A stretch of 64,000 nucleotides of DNA from Raja brachyura (Eukaryota): NCBI GenBank assembly GCA_963514005.1, contig OY740808.1:11904001-11968000 (forward strand). The letters are read 5' to 3'. A model generated the notes under the pieces. The model was not told the DNA's origin, searched no databases, and saw only the letters and a list, made by a program, of their open reading frames with translations. The stretch's first letter is position 1. Each line of letters begins with the position of its first letter. Made by a program: the position numbers and the translations under genes. Below, piece by piece: positions 38,481 through 49,539 of this stretch.

Positions 38481-38889
38481 TCATTTGGATACTTAGGCTA
38501 TTAAAACAAATCATTTTCTTAAGAAATTGAACATACAGGACATTCTTAATGGAAAAGTAGTCGGAAGGAAGGAATGTCATGCGTGGTTTGAAGAGCAAAA
38601 ACTTGCAGTTTACAATGCCAAAATTGAAAAGTTGAGAAAAACAAGGTGCACAGAGTTGCTTATTGGTTACAATCTGAGGAGTATGTGCTCTGATTCCTGA
38701 TTTCCCTCTCTGACTACAATACTCTGTGCATGAATCCTATCTATCCCAGGGCCGGATTTACGTATACGTTTCACAAGCTTAAACTTAAGGCGTCTTGATC
38801 TAGGAGGGGCCTCGGCAGGGCCGGATTTACCTATAGGCTTCATAGGCTGAAGCCTAGGGCCTCAAAATCTAGGAGGCCTCCAGCCAAGG

Positions 38890-39775
38890 TAGTGGGGAAA
38901 CTGCTAGAGTCAGTTATTAAAGATGGGATAGCAGCGCATTTGGAAAGTGGTGAAATCATTGGACAAAGTCAGCATGGATTTACGAAAGGTAAATCATGTC
39001 TGACAAATCTGATAGAATTTTTCGAGGATGTAACTAGTAGAGTCGATAAGGGAGAACCAGTGGATGTGTTATACCTAGACTTTCAGAAGGCTTTCGACAA
39101 GGTCCCGCATAAGAGATTAGCATACAAACTTAAAGCACACGGTACTGGGGGTTCAGTATTGATGTGGATAGAGAACTGGCTAGCAGACAGGAGGCAAAGG
39201 GTAGGAGTAAACGGGTCCTTTTCAGAATGGCAGGCAGTGACTAGTGGGGTACCGCAAGGCTCAGTGCTGGGACCCCAGCTATTTACAATATATATTAATG
39301 ATTTGGACGAGGGAATTCAATGCAACATCTCCAAGTTTGCAGATGACACCAAGCTGGGGGGTATTAGAAGATTGAGGGGGGATCTTATAGAAACTTACAA
39401 AATTCTTAAGGGGTTGGACAAGCTAGATGCTGGAAGATTGTTCCCGATGTTGGGGGAGTCCAGAATAAGGGGTCACAGTCTAAGGATAAGGGGGAATTCC
39501 TTTAGGACCGAGATGAGGAAAACATTCTTTACACAGAGAGTGGTGAGTCTCTGGAATTCTCTGCCACAGAAGGTAGTTGAGGCCAGTTTATTGGCTATAT
39601 TTAAGAGGGCGTTAGGTGTGGCACTTGTGGCTAAAGGGATCAGGGGGTATGGAGAGAAGGCAGGTGCAGGATACTGAGTTGGATGATCAGCCATGATCAT
39701 ATTGAATGGCGGTGCAGGCTCGAAGGGCCGAAGGGCCTACTCCTGCACCTATTTTTCTATGTTTCTATGTTTCTA
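38890..39775 (+). mobile_element. CR1 LINE (RT fragment, internally deleted) nested in the hAT element
   Basis: 261-aa ORF with [38 protein letters not shown] and FADD, fused directly to [12 protein letters not shown]. Ends in a (TTTCTATG)n tail. Confidence 0.92.
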
Positions 39776-40069
39776 AGGTGTTTTTTCCCCAGAGAAAAAA
39801 AATTTGGAGCGCTTTCAGGGTTTTCGCTTTGACGGAAATTACCCGAAATGCTGGTTCCGGCCCGCTGGAAGTTTTGGGGAAAAAATTGCGACCTCCGCGC
39901 CTGCGCAGTTGGCGGAAGCCGGTGACGTTGTAGTGACGCAAAATGACGCTGCCTCTCCGTGCATGCGCAGCGGCCCTGGGCGGGTTCAGATCTCCAATTG
40001 CAGTCCACACGTTCACCTCGATGCCTCGTGTCTACTCCAGGCTTTGCGGGAGTGCCCATTTCTCCAGGC

Positions 40070-40370
40070 GGGGGGGGGGGGGGGGGGATGCGGTGTGTGT
40101 GACGCGGAGTCAGAGCCTCGCTGCTTGGGAGGGAGAGAGAGGGGAAGGGATGCAGAGAGAGGGGGGATGTGAGAGGGGGGATGTGAGAGGGGGAAAGAAG
40201 GGGTTGAGACAGAGGGGGGAGAGAGAGGGAGGGGAGGTGGAGAGAGAGAGAAGGGGAGGGGAAGAGAGAGAGGGGGAGGGGGAGAGAGAGATATGGAAGA
40301 GGGAGTGGGAGAGAGAGATGGGGAGGGAGAGAGGGGGGGGAGGGAAGGAGGAGGGGGAGAAAGATGAGGG
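40070..40370. repeat. G/GA-rich low-complexity tract
   Basis: Poly-G and (GA)n runs, which account for the spurious E/R/G- and S/P-rich ORFs. Confidence 0.9.
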
Positions 40371-43300
40371 ATTATCTTCAGTGAGATTGCAAAATTAAGG
40401 TGGGTTTTAGAGCAATTATATTTTCTCCTCCATATGAATAATATCAAACAATTGGAACCGGTTTCTTTTCCTTGATAACAATACTGAAAAATATGAATTC
40501 CATAGTTTTGCATCGTAGTTTAAATGTGCTCACACTAACACAGTCGAACGGTAACAGGCAATGAAATCAACACACAAAACATTTTCTAAAAAAATGTTTT
40601 ATTTACTGCAAAAACGTACAATATTTTGTTTGCAGTGTTTGCATGCTCCTTTATAACATTTACATAACATTTTACAGTACACCTTTATTATTATAACAAG
40701 GACAGCTTCAATTCTTGATTGTTTTTAAATGTATACAACAATGACCCCCAATCATCCCATTCCAACCACTCATTACTCTTGACTCAACCAAAATTATTTC
40801 TGAAATATTGGTCATAAATTTGGTGCACAAAATGCTCCAAAATAAGGCTCTGAATGCACCAGAGAGCATCTGAAACCCCAGAGCTTCCAGGGCCATTAAG
40901 TGGGCCCTGGCCCCCAGCTGCAAGGGTCTTTGAGCTTTGCGCTTGTGATATTCGCTGCGTGCACTTATTTAACATAACATTTTTGTAATCCTGCCATGCC
41001 ACCCCCCTTTTTGAAAAGCTTCATATAGATCTGGTCTATAATATTTTTGACACTGTCATTGGCCTTTCTTATATATGCTGTATCAACGCACTGTAGTCTC
41101 TAAACAACACTTCAGTAATTTTTCAGAATAATAGTGATTTAAGCCGATAACTCGACACTAGCACTGCCAGTAAATAAAAAGCGCAGGTTTCCAGCCCTTA
41201 TCTCATTGGCCACGCTCGGCTGCACATCGGTGTCATACTAGTCGACTCGTCCATATTCCTCTAGTCGTGGGGGTGGGGGATTGGGAGGGGCTTCACAAGT
41301 GGAATAGCCGAGGGCCTCTCTTCATCTAAATCCGGCCCTGATCTATCCCCGTATAAATGTACACAAAGGGTGGCATGCGTGGCAGACGCGGAACAGACAT
41401 CACTCGAATCAAGTTCCGTATTTCGGATTCTATGTGGGAGCTTGGAGGTTTCAGCCTAATGACTGTCCATGATAACTTTGCTACCGTGTCTGGCGGTTTC
41501 GCGCAAATGTTCTGAAATGTAGCTGATGTAATATGCCTTTGCGCCGTTAGATAGAAATGTTATACTATTTACACATTTTGTTGGATCGTGAGCGACCAGA
41601 GGGAAATTTGCATTAATACTTGAAACTCTGCGTCATGATGAAGAAGTCATTGTAAAAAGTAAACAAAAAACAGGTTATTTCAAATAATTGCCCTGGAATT
41701 TCCGGAATGCGGTTTGACACTGATATTTAATACTTGTCATCCCCATCGATGGCGTGCACCTTCTGAAAAGAAGACGAGTGCGGTTCCTGATGACAAAGAA
41801 AGTCTGCTGATGTAACACATCTGAAATAATAATGGCATATAACGACTAAGGCAGAATCTATGGAGAAAGCAAAAGGGTTAATGGTTTACGCTGATAATCT
41901 TTCGCCAAAACTTAAAAAAAAATAGAAAACATACATATTTTGAATTGCAGGAAAGTGGGGTGGGGGGAGGGGGTGGGGGTATCAGTAAATATGTGGAACG
42001 GAGCGGGGACCAGGAGAAATGGATGAGGCTGATATGTGTCGATGAAAATAAAGTGAAGAAGCCTTGCGAGTGGCGGCAGACCTGCTGGAGAAGGTTTAAA
42101 TAGTCATAGAAAGTTACAACGCAGAAGCACCACCGAATCTGCGTTAATCCCCATGTAGATGAATCCGTTTTCTGTTCGCTCCATATTCTCAATTGAATGC
42201 GTACATAGGAGGAGAATACATTTCAAAATTTTGCAAAATCATGATTATATAGTCGGGAAGCTATCTATTTCCGCCTTCCAAAATATCTGAAATAAGTTGA
42301 GAGGGAAACCAGCGCCTCATCCCTAACAGGAATGGATGCCCCCCACCCCCCATCCCCCACCTCCACCCTCCGTTAATATTAAGCAGTAACCTAACCTCTA
42401 GATACAGTATTTCTAAATTTAAAGGAGATATGCGGAGCAATGTTTATACGCAGAGGGTGGCAACTGCTTGGAACGCGCAATCGTGGGTAGTGGTTGAAGT
42501 AGATACATTAGTGGCATTTAAAATGATTTTTGGTTAGGCATATTGACATGCAGGGAATGGAAGGATATCGATTATATGCAGGCAGATAGAGGTTGGCCAT
42601 GGCATCTAGTTGGTGGGCTGAGGGGCCTCTTCCCGTGCCGTCGTGTTCTTAATAATATGTTGTATCAAGACTCCTCAAGATTTTACGTTTCATTCAAATC
42701 CCCTCGCGATCTTCTAAATTCCAGTCGGTGCAAACCTAGCCCGTCCAGTCTTCCGCAACAATCCTGCCTGTTTCAGATTGTCGTGTAATAAATGTTCCAT
42801 AGACTGCACTCAAGGCATTAATAACATTACTGTAAAAAGGAGACTAATGCTAAGTGGTATACCAAAGGTATGATTGCGGCCATTGTCAACTTCTCAAAAG
42901 CACATCCTTCATTTTTCATTCAATCGCCCAGCAAAGAAAAATAGAATTGAGTTTGCGTTCTTAATCACTTGGTACCTGCATTATATTATTTGGTGTATCA
43001 TGGACATCCCCAATCGTTTACACAACATAATTATATATTGAATAGAGAGGAGACAAGATGGTGCAGCGTTGTTTGGTCATCCCGGTGTGTGCCAGGAGTG
43101 CAAAAGAGATTGAACAGCGCACATCGAAACAGGAAAGTGTTAACTTTATAGAGACTGAAGAGAGTGCTATTGGTGGAATCTTAAGGGGAACTCAAAGTGC
43201 TGGGGGAACTCAGTGGGCCAGGCAGCTTCTAAGGAATGAAATTGACAGATAACAGTTCGGATCAGGACCCCTATTCAAATGGATGTTATGGACCGCATCA

Positions 43301-43670
43301 GAAGTGGAAGGAGAATTAATGGGAGATAGAATTGAGTCAAAGAAGGAAATTGATCAAAAGCCAGCTAAAATAACACCCCTACTTAATTGAGACGGTGAAA
43401 GAATGATTTCCCGAAGAAACCAAACGCCATGGATCTGAAAAGTTACCTCTGCTTCTGTGGTCAGAGGTGCCATTTGACCTACTAACTGGTTCCACCCTTT
43501 TCTGTTTATTTCCGATATACAGAATTTTAATTCAGAATTTCGTGGTTCTTGCGCAATTTAACTGGATATAATAATAATTTCCATATACAACCTTCACTGA
43601 AATAGATTACAAAACCCACCTCCAGATTTGTCATCTATTATAACTGTAAAGCAAAGTCACTACATCTGCA

Positions 43671-43903
43671 GGTAGACAAAATGCTGGAGAAACTCAGCTG
43701 GTGAGGCAGTATCGATGGAGTGAAGGAGATAGGCGATGTTTCGGGTCGAGACCCTTCTTCAGACTGAAGAAGGTCGGAAGAAGGGTCTCGACCCGAAACG
43801 TCGCCTATTTCCTTCGCTCCATAGATGTTGCCTCTCCCGCTGAGTTTCTCCAACATTCTTGCCTACCTTCGATTTTCCAGCATCTGCAGTTCCTTCTTAA
43901 ACA
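43671..43903. mobile_element. Short palindromic Penelope-derived element with two hammerhead-like motifs (paralog 62706-62893)
   Basis: Inverted arms of about 95 bp (43670-43764 / 43773-43868), each with C(T/G)GAAGA-AGGGTCTCGACCC-GAAAC. 14-bp TSD TCACTACATCTGAA, perfect at 62692-62705 and 62894-62907. Confidence 0.75.
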
Positions 43904-45169
43904 TCTCTACATCTGAAAATCTCCAATATTTTTAAATAATCGTATGATATTACAAGAAACACACAATGAAATATTGTACTCAAATGGATCAGTTGGCGTT
44001 CCTGTTCCGCGTTTTCTCAGAGCGGATTCCTTTCTGAATGTAAATGCAGCCAAATGTCCAGCGACGGAGCGCAGAGCTAGCATGGTTGGTGGACGTTGAT
44101 CGTGTAGTTTGCGACTTCCGCATACAATCCAATGGCCGAAAACGTCACTGAACTGATCAGCAGCAATGTGAACCATTTAGCCAGTACCAATTCAAGGACA
44201 AGACGGTTCCAAGCCATTAATGTTATGTCCGCTGTCCGGTGCGTTGAAGACTGAAAAATTACCAATCCAAGTCACGCGTGCCTATCCAGTCCTCAGAATG
44301 ACCTCACGGGCCAAACTGTTTTAAGAAGTAGTTAGACAGGTACATTGATCGCACAGGTTTGCAGGGATATGGACCAAGAGCAGGCACGTGGGACTAGTGT
44401 AGCTGGGGCATTGTTGGCCGGTGTGGGCAAGTTGGGCCGAAGGGCCTGTTTCCACACTGTAGCCATCAATGACTCTGCGACTCTAAGACTTATTTTTCTA
44501 AACTCTGTAATTTCTCGACAATTATCTCAGCCTATCCAATTGCGCCAATTTAACTCCAAAGTTTCCAAGCGTCCTTATTTTCTGATTTGTTGTTTTCCCC
44601 ATTCAGAATAATGTTTCATTATATTATCGCCCGCAATGACAAATGCTTCAAGATTTGAACGGCATGGGCCTTTTATTTTGTCAAATGTATTTCAAGAATT
44701 TATCGTGTTTTCATGTAATTGTGCAAAGCACAGTTGTCTTTCTCATATCTTCATTGCAATGATATTCAGCGTCTTATTTTCTCTTGACCATCAATCGCCC
44801 TGAGCATTTCTAGTTGACAATGGAAGTAGTAATGCTTTCAGTCCTATGGCGATAAATACGGAAATGGCGGGAGCGTCCGCTGAATTGTTAGCTCGTCACA
44901 CAGTGTTATAACCTACAAATGTACGTACACACATTGAGAACTGTTTTGAAGCTTAAACTCTCCAAGCACAATGAATATGGTGGTTTGCTGCAAAGATTAT
45001 GCGGTGCCATCGAAAACCTAAACGATTCATAGCATTTTATCTGTATGGATAACAACTGCAAAGCAAACCCTGGTTTACATAGTTTCCACAAATTAAGGCT
45101 AAAATTAATTTCAAAAATCTTCGTAAAATCTTCAACGTATTTTTTCACACTTTCCAGCTCGCAGCCAAA

Positions 45170-45680
45170 AATAACCATATAACCATATAACCATATAACA
45201 ATTACAGCACGGAAACAGGCCTTCTCGGCCCTTCCTGTCCGTGCCGACCATTCATTTCCCCCTAGTCCCATCTACCTGCACTCAGACCATACCCCTCCAT
45301 TCCCTTCCCGTCCATATACCTATCCACTTTCTCTTTTAAATGTTAAAATCGATCCTGCCTCCACCACTTCTGCTGGAAGATCATTCCACATAGCCACCAC
45401 TCTCTGAGTAAAGAAGTTCCCCCTCATGTTACCCCTAAACCTCTGTCCCTTAATTCTCAAGTCATGCCCTCTTGTTTGAATCTTCCCTACCCTCAATGGG
45501 AAAAGCTTATCCACGTCAACTTTGTCTATCCCTTTCATCATTTTAAAGACCTCAATCAAGTCCCCCCTTAACCTTCTGCGCTCCAAAGAATAAAGACCTT
45601 GTTCAACCTTTCTCTGTATCTTAGTTGCTGGAACCCAGGCAACATTCTAGTAAATCTCCTCTGTGCTCTCTCTATTTTGT
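45170..45680 (-). mobile_element. CR1 LINE 3' end with (TATATGGT)n tail
   Basis: [20 protein letters not shown]...FFTQRVVAMWNDLP. A short + strand end of the same subfamily lies at about 48245-48390. Confidence 0.85.
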
Positions 45681-46075
45681 TGAAAAATACGAAGTTCAAA
45701 ATTAAAATAAAATTGCGACATTGGGAATCGGAATTAAAAACAGTAAATGATGGTAACACTCGGTTGCATCTGTGAAGAGCTGGTTTCTTTGGTTCTGGTG
45801 AAGCTTTATTGACTTAACAAAAGTTAACGTCCTTTTCACATGTATTCTCTGAGGCGTTGAGCCTCCCTGGTATTTTCTGTTTCTGCACATAATATATCTA
45901 CCTGCCTACCCACTGCCTACATAGCAGTTCCTACATCTGGCCATGCAGTTTGCTACTCTTCTGTTCTCCTCTATGATTCTAGCTATACCCACCGCCCGCT
46001 ACCCTACGCCCAAGCGAAAAAAAACAGCCCGATGATTTGTCAATATCACTCTACAATGATCCAGTAATTCGATGT

Positions 46076-46119
46076 CACGTGGATAGAGATTTGCATGAAT
46101 AATTAAAACTCGGTGACGT
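46076..46119 (+). promoter_or_regulatory. Ig light-chain promoter, cluster 3
   Basis: CACGTG 46076-46081, ATTTGCAT 46089-46096, TGACGT 46114-46119. The block TCGATGTCACGTGGATARAGATTTGCATGAATAA is shared with clusters 1 and 2. Confidence 0.88.
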
Positions 46120-46218
46120 TGTGATGTTGAGGAGTTCTTAAGGGGAGATTTCTAAAGAACCAGAAACGGACCTCGTTTGGAAAACATTTTGATTCTGACC
46201 CTCGCCACCACCTTCACC

Positions 46219-46267
46219 ATGTCTGAATGGATTCGCGTTCTGGCCGCGTTCGTGTTCTGCTTCCAAA
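46219..46267 (+). CDS. IGLV: Ig light chain leader exon, cluster 3 (MSEWIRVLAAFVFCFQ)
   Basis: Kozak-like CACCATG, signal peptide homologous to clusters 1 and 2, phase-1 donor GTAAGT at 46268. Confidence 0.9.
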
Positions 46268-46357
46268 GTAAGTAGAAAACATAATCATCAGGCAGCTGCT
46301 CATTGCATTCTGCTGATAGATTGTATGGTCACAAATATTAATTTGTTATTTCACCAG

Positions 46358-46693
46358 CTTCAATCGCAGAGACTTTGGTGACTCAGGACCCTACGTCCAT
46401 CTCTACTTCTCCGGGGAAAACGGTCAAGATCACTTGTACCCTCTCAGGAGCCCAGATGAGCAGCTACTACACTAGCTGGTACTGGCAAAAGCCCGGCAGC
46501 GTGGTACCGGTCTTAGTGTGGTATGAGAGCACCAGAGCTTCTGGAATTCCAGATCGATTCACCGGTACCGTGGATGATCCGAACAATAAGATGCAACTGA
46601 CCATCACCAACCTGCGATCCGAGGATGTCGCCGATTATTACTGTTTTGTTTCAACTATTGGCTTCGGGAAAGGAACCAAATTGAATCTAAGCA
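46358..46693 (+). CDS. IGLV: Germline-joined VJ exon, divergent Ig lambda-type, cluster 3
   Basis: TSIAETLVTQDPTSISTSPGKTVKITCTLSGAQMSSYYTSWYWQKP...EDVADYYC-FVSTIG-FGKGTKLNLS. Acceptor CACCAG ends at 46357, donor GTAAGT at 46694. Confidence 0.93.
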
Positions 46694-47479
46694 GTAAGTA
46701 CAATAATGACTACCTGAAAATTAGCACAGTGCAATCATCCGCTTTCACTTTGATCCGATTTTCAAAGCGCTCTACACGTTGTCCTCCAATTCTTGCGATA
46801 TTACGGGCGAATAAAGTCGGTGGCTTTAAGTTGAAATTTCTGCCAATTTAATGTAGCAACGCAGGATAAGTGAGTAGCCGCGAGTGAGAGTTAAAGAAAG
46901 TCAAACGCGAAGGACACCTCCTGTTAGTTCAAGGTGGGGAAAATAAACGAGCAGGTGAGAGCGGTCAGCGATAAGGCAGCATCTATGGAGACACAGAGCT
47001 GGTCCACATTTCAGGTAGAGACTCTGCGTCGGGAGAAGGTATACCGAGGCCCCCGCTGGTGCCTGACACCCTGAGTTCCTCCACCAGTTTGTTTTTGTTT
47101 TGCAGCATTTGCAGCATCTGCCATCTCTTATGCCTCCGTGTTTAAAAACTTGGAGCGGGCGCACGAATTAGGCCGATCCTCTTATCGAGCGTTTCAGCCT
47201 TGAGAAGAGAAGGGAATGGTGAAGTGTGGATGTAGCAAAAGCATGCGTGATAGATTAAAAAGTAACTTAGCTGAGTCAGTGTCGAAAGCGTTACTGACGC
47301 ACAGAAGAAAGTAGAGAATTGCTAGTTCTGCCAGTGCAATATCGGCCTATTTCGCGTTTGTTATTCCTGAATCTTTCTCTTTCTATATTCTATATACTCG
47401 GGAGTATGGAAATCTCCGTTATCGCGTCGTTCTGATGTACACTAGTTCATTGTTCATGTCTAAGTAACCACTCGATTTA

Positions 47480-48960
47480 AAAAGTCTCATTTTGTCATCA
47501 CAGTCGTGGCATGGTTTTCTAATCTCAGGAAATTCTGAGGCATTGGCTTTCTCTAAATTTGGCCTCTTAATCGTCAACGCTATTGTTACCTATTGTCAAC
47601 ATGAAGATTACCCCTCCAGCATCTCATGCTTCCGACCTCTCTTTTCACCTTTAACACGCTCATTAAATCTATCTCTTTACCTAATCGTTTCCCCCCCTCG
47701 TTTGTTATTCTACGTCAATTGTCTGACTGTGTTTAACAATGCCTTATGAGGCATTTTGCTGTGATATTCGACGAGGAAATACATTTCGAATTGACTTCCG
47801 AGCCGAAATTCATTGCCAGCAAATACTAAAAACACAATTATAAAATCTGCAAACGACGCTATTGTATTTCACACTAAACACCTTCGTGAGCATTTTCTGA
47901 TTGACACTTCAGGGGCTGGTATATCACTCACTTTCGTTCACTTTTATTTGAATACCTTTGTATTGGGCAATGCAAGTTGTTCAGTCCAATAGCACTGAAC
48001 ATGTTGATACTGTCGCGATAGAAATAATGTTTGGCTGCATTAGTTTGGAATGTGCTACATCGAACATAAAGAAGCAAGTATTTTGCGCAATATTTACTTT
48101 TAAAATATCTATATCTTCAAAACTACCATTGGTAAGGAGTCAATTAAGTATTTTATTATCCTTTTGAAGGGCTGACGATAAACTGACATTTAGAACTGGA
48201 CAATATTTCAATCGCGCTGGATATTTCAATCAACAATCTTCCTTTATTTGACGGGAAGGGAATGGAGGGGTATGGTCTGAGTGCAGGTAGATGGGACTAG
48301 GGGAAAATAAATGGTCGGCACGGACTGGAAGGGGCGAGAAGACCTGTTTCCGTGCTGTATTGTTATATGGTTATATGGTTATATGGTTTATTCTGGACCA
48401 TGCGGGCAAAATAGAATTAGTGACTTGAGTTTCAGGTTGACACGGATTGTGGCTTTCAACCCTCCATACAATAAACTTAAAGATCCGTGCTTTTTCAGGA
48501 GCTTATCAAAATCAATAAATGTTGCTGCGACTGTATTAACAGCGTTTAGTAATATTTACACGTGCGCTGTGTGAACTGTGTGAAGTGTGTTTTAAGACAG
48601 CAATAGAAGGGTGATACAGAAAACTGTGGAGTTTGAAATCCTGAATGAAACGCAAAGTGCTCAGCACTTTGGTAAGCGGGTCAGTGGGCCAGGCAGCATC
48701 TGAGAAGGGTTCATTAAGTTGTTGCGGAAACCAATCGGCATTGATCACAGTTAAATATTTTGAGTTTGGCTGCTAATCTCCAAATCTCGCTGCATTTAAT
48801 TTCAAGGATGGAATATCTACCTAAAATCGTTGATTTATTCTTATGTAATCGTTGAATTGTATCCAGACCTTTGGACAAACTGTAGTAATGATCATCTGTT
48901 GCACAAACGTTTTTACGTGTTTGCAAAATTATATTAATTGTAAAATAGTGGAAATAAAAA
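47480..48960 (-). pseudogene. Putative decayed LRR / TLR-like relic in the cluster 3 J-C intron
   Basis: Minus-strand fragments LHKNKSTILG, NTVAATFIDFDKL, NLKLKSLIL, LTNGSFEDIDILKVNIAQN, TTCIAQYKGIQI, hydrophobic NTIASFADFIIVFLVF, then RLGKEID. Interrupted by stops, frameshifts and repeats. Confidence 0.35.
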
Positions 48961-49216
48961 CATAACAAACGGGAGCAGGAGTAGACGCCCGGTTAATTCC
49001 GGTTGGCAACGGAACGTCAAGACATGAAAGGAGTTTGCCTGTTTCGATGCGAATATAATTAATTGCTCTAAAATCTAGACATTGCATCCCCGCCTTCTGA
49101 ATTTTCCCTCAAACGGCAAATGATCTATCTCTGGAACCTGGGGAAGCAAAGTAAACACTTGATTCAGAAGGCCAACGTTAATAATTCACTATGCCGTACT
49201 TCTTTCTATTTTCCAG

Positions 49217-49539
49217 ATCCCCAGCCCCCCGCGGTGTCCGTCCTTGGACCGTCAGAGGAAGAAATCGCGGGAAAGGGCACCGCCACTCTGGTGTGTTTGG
49301 TGAACGGGTTTAACCCGGGCGTTGTGGACATTGAGTGGACGGTGGACGGCAGTGCGAGAAGTGATGGCGTCGACACAGGCCGAGCCCAGCAGGATCAGGA
49401 CAACACGTTCAGTACCAGCAGTTACCTGACTCTGCCAGCGGCAGACTGGAACTCACACGAGCTTTACTCCTGTGTGGTTAAACACGAGACTCAGGCAAAC
49501 CCACTGAAGACAAACATCGCCAGATCTGGTTGTGCTTAA
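49217..49539 (+). CDS. IGLC: Ig light-chain constant exon, cluster 3
   Basis: TTTTCCAG acceptor. (N)PQPPAVSVLGPSEEEIAGKGTATLVCLVNGFNPG...YSCVVKHETQANPLKTNIARSGCA*, 323 nt. AATAAA follows at 49576-49581. Confidence 0.95.

Larger units (their letters stand above)
38747..41340. mobile_element. Non-autonomous hAT-superfamily DNA transposon
   Basis: Perfect 14-bp TIRs CAGGGCCGGATTTA / TAAATCCGGCCCTG, with an 8-bp TSD ATCTATCC (38739-38746 and 41341-41348). The empty site is at about 60739-60746. Confidence 0.9.

Noticed and set aside
39943-40513. Long E/R/G-rich and S/P-rich ORFs (also 59632-59977)
   Set aside because: Products of GA/AGAT low-complexity tracts.
41601-41613. GGGAAATTTGCAT (kB-like plus octamer) as an upstream enhancer
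   Set aside because: Not conserved in the paralogous segment near 61007. Likewise the ATTTGCAT at about 28825 is ATTTGGAT in unit A.
43907-45170. Coding-looking minus-strand stretches upstream of cluster 3
   Set aside because: No recognisable motif by eye, so no call can be supported, though a translated search would be reasonable.
46725-46731. CACAGTG just after the cluster 3 J
   Set aside because: No nonamer at 12 or 23 nt, and it lies on the wrong side of J.
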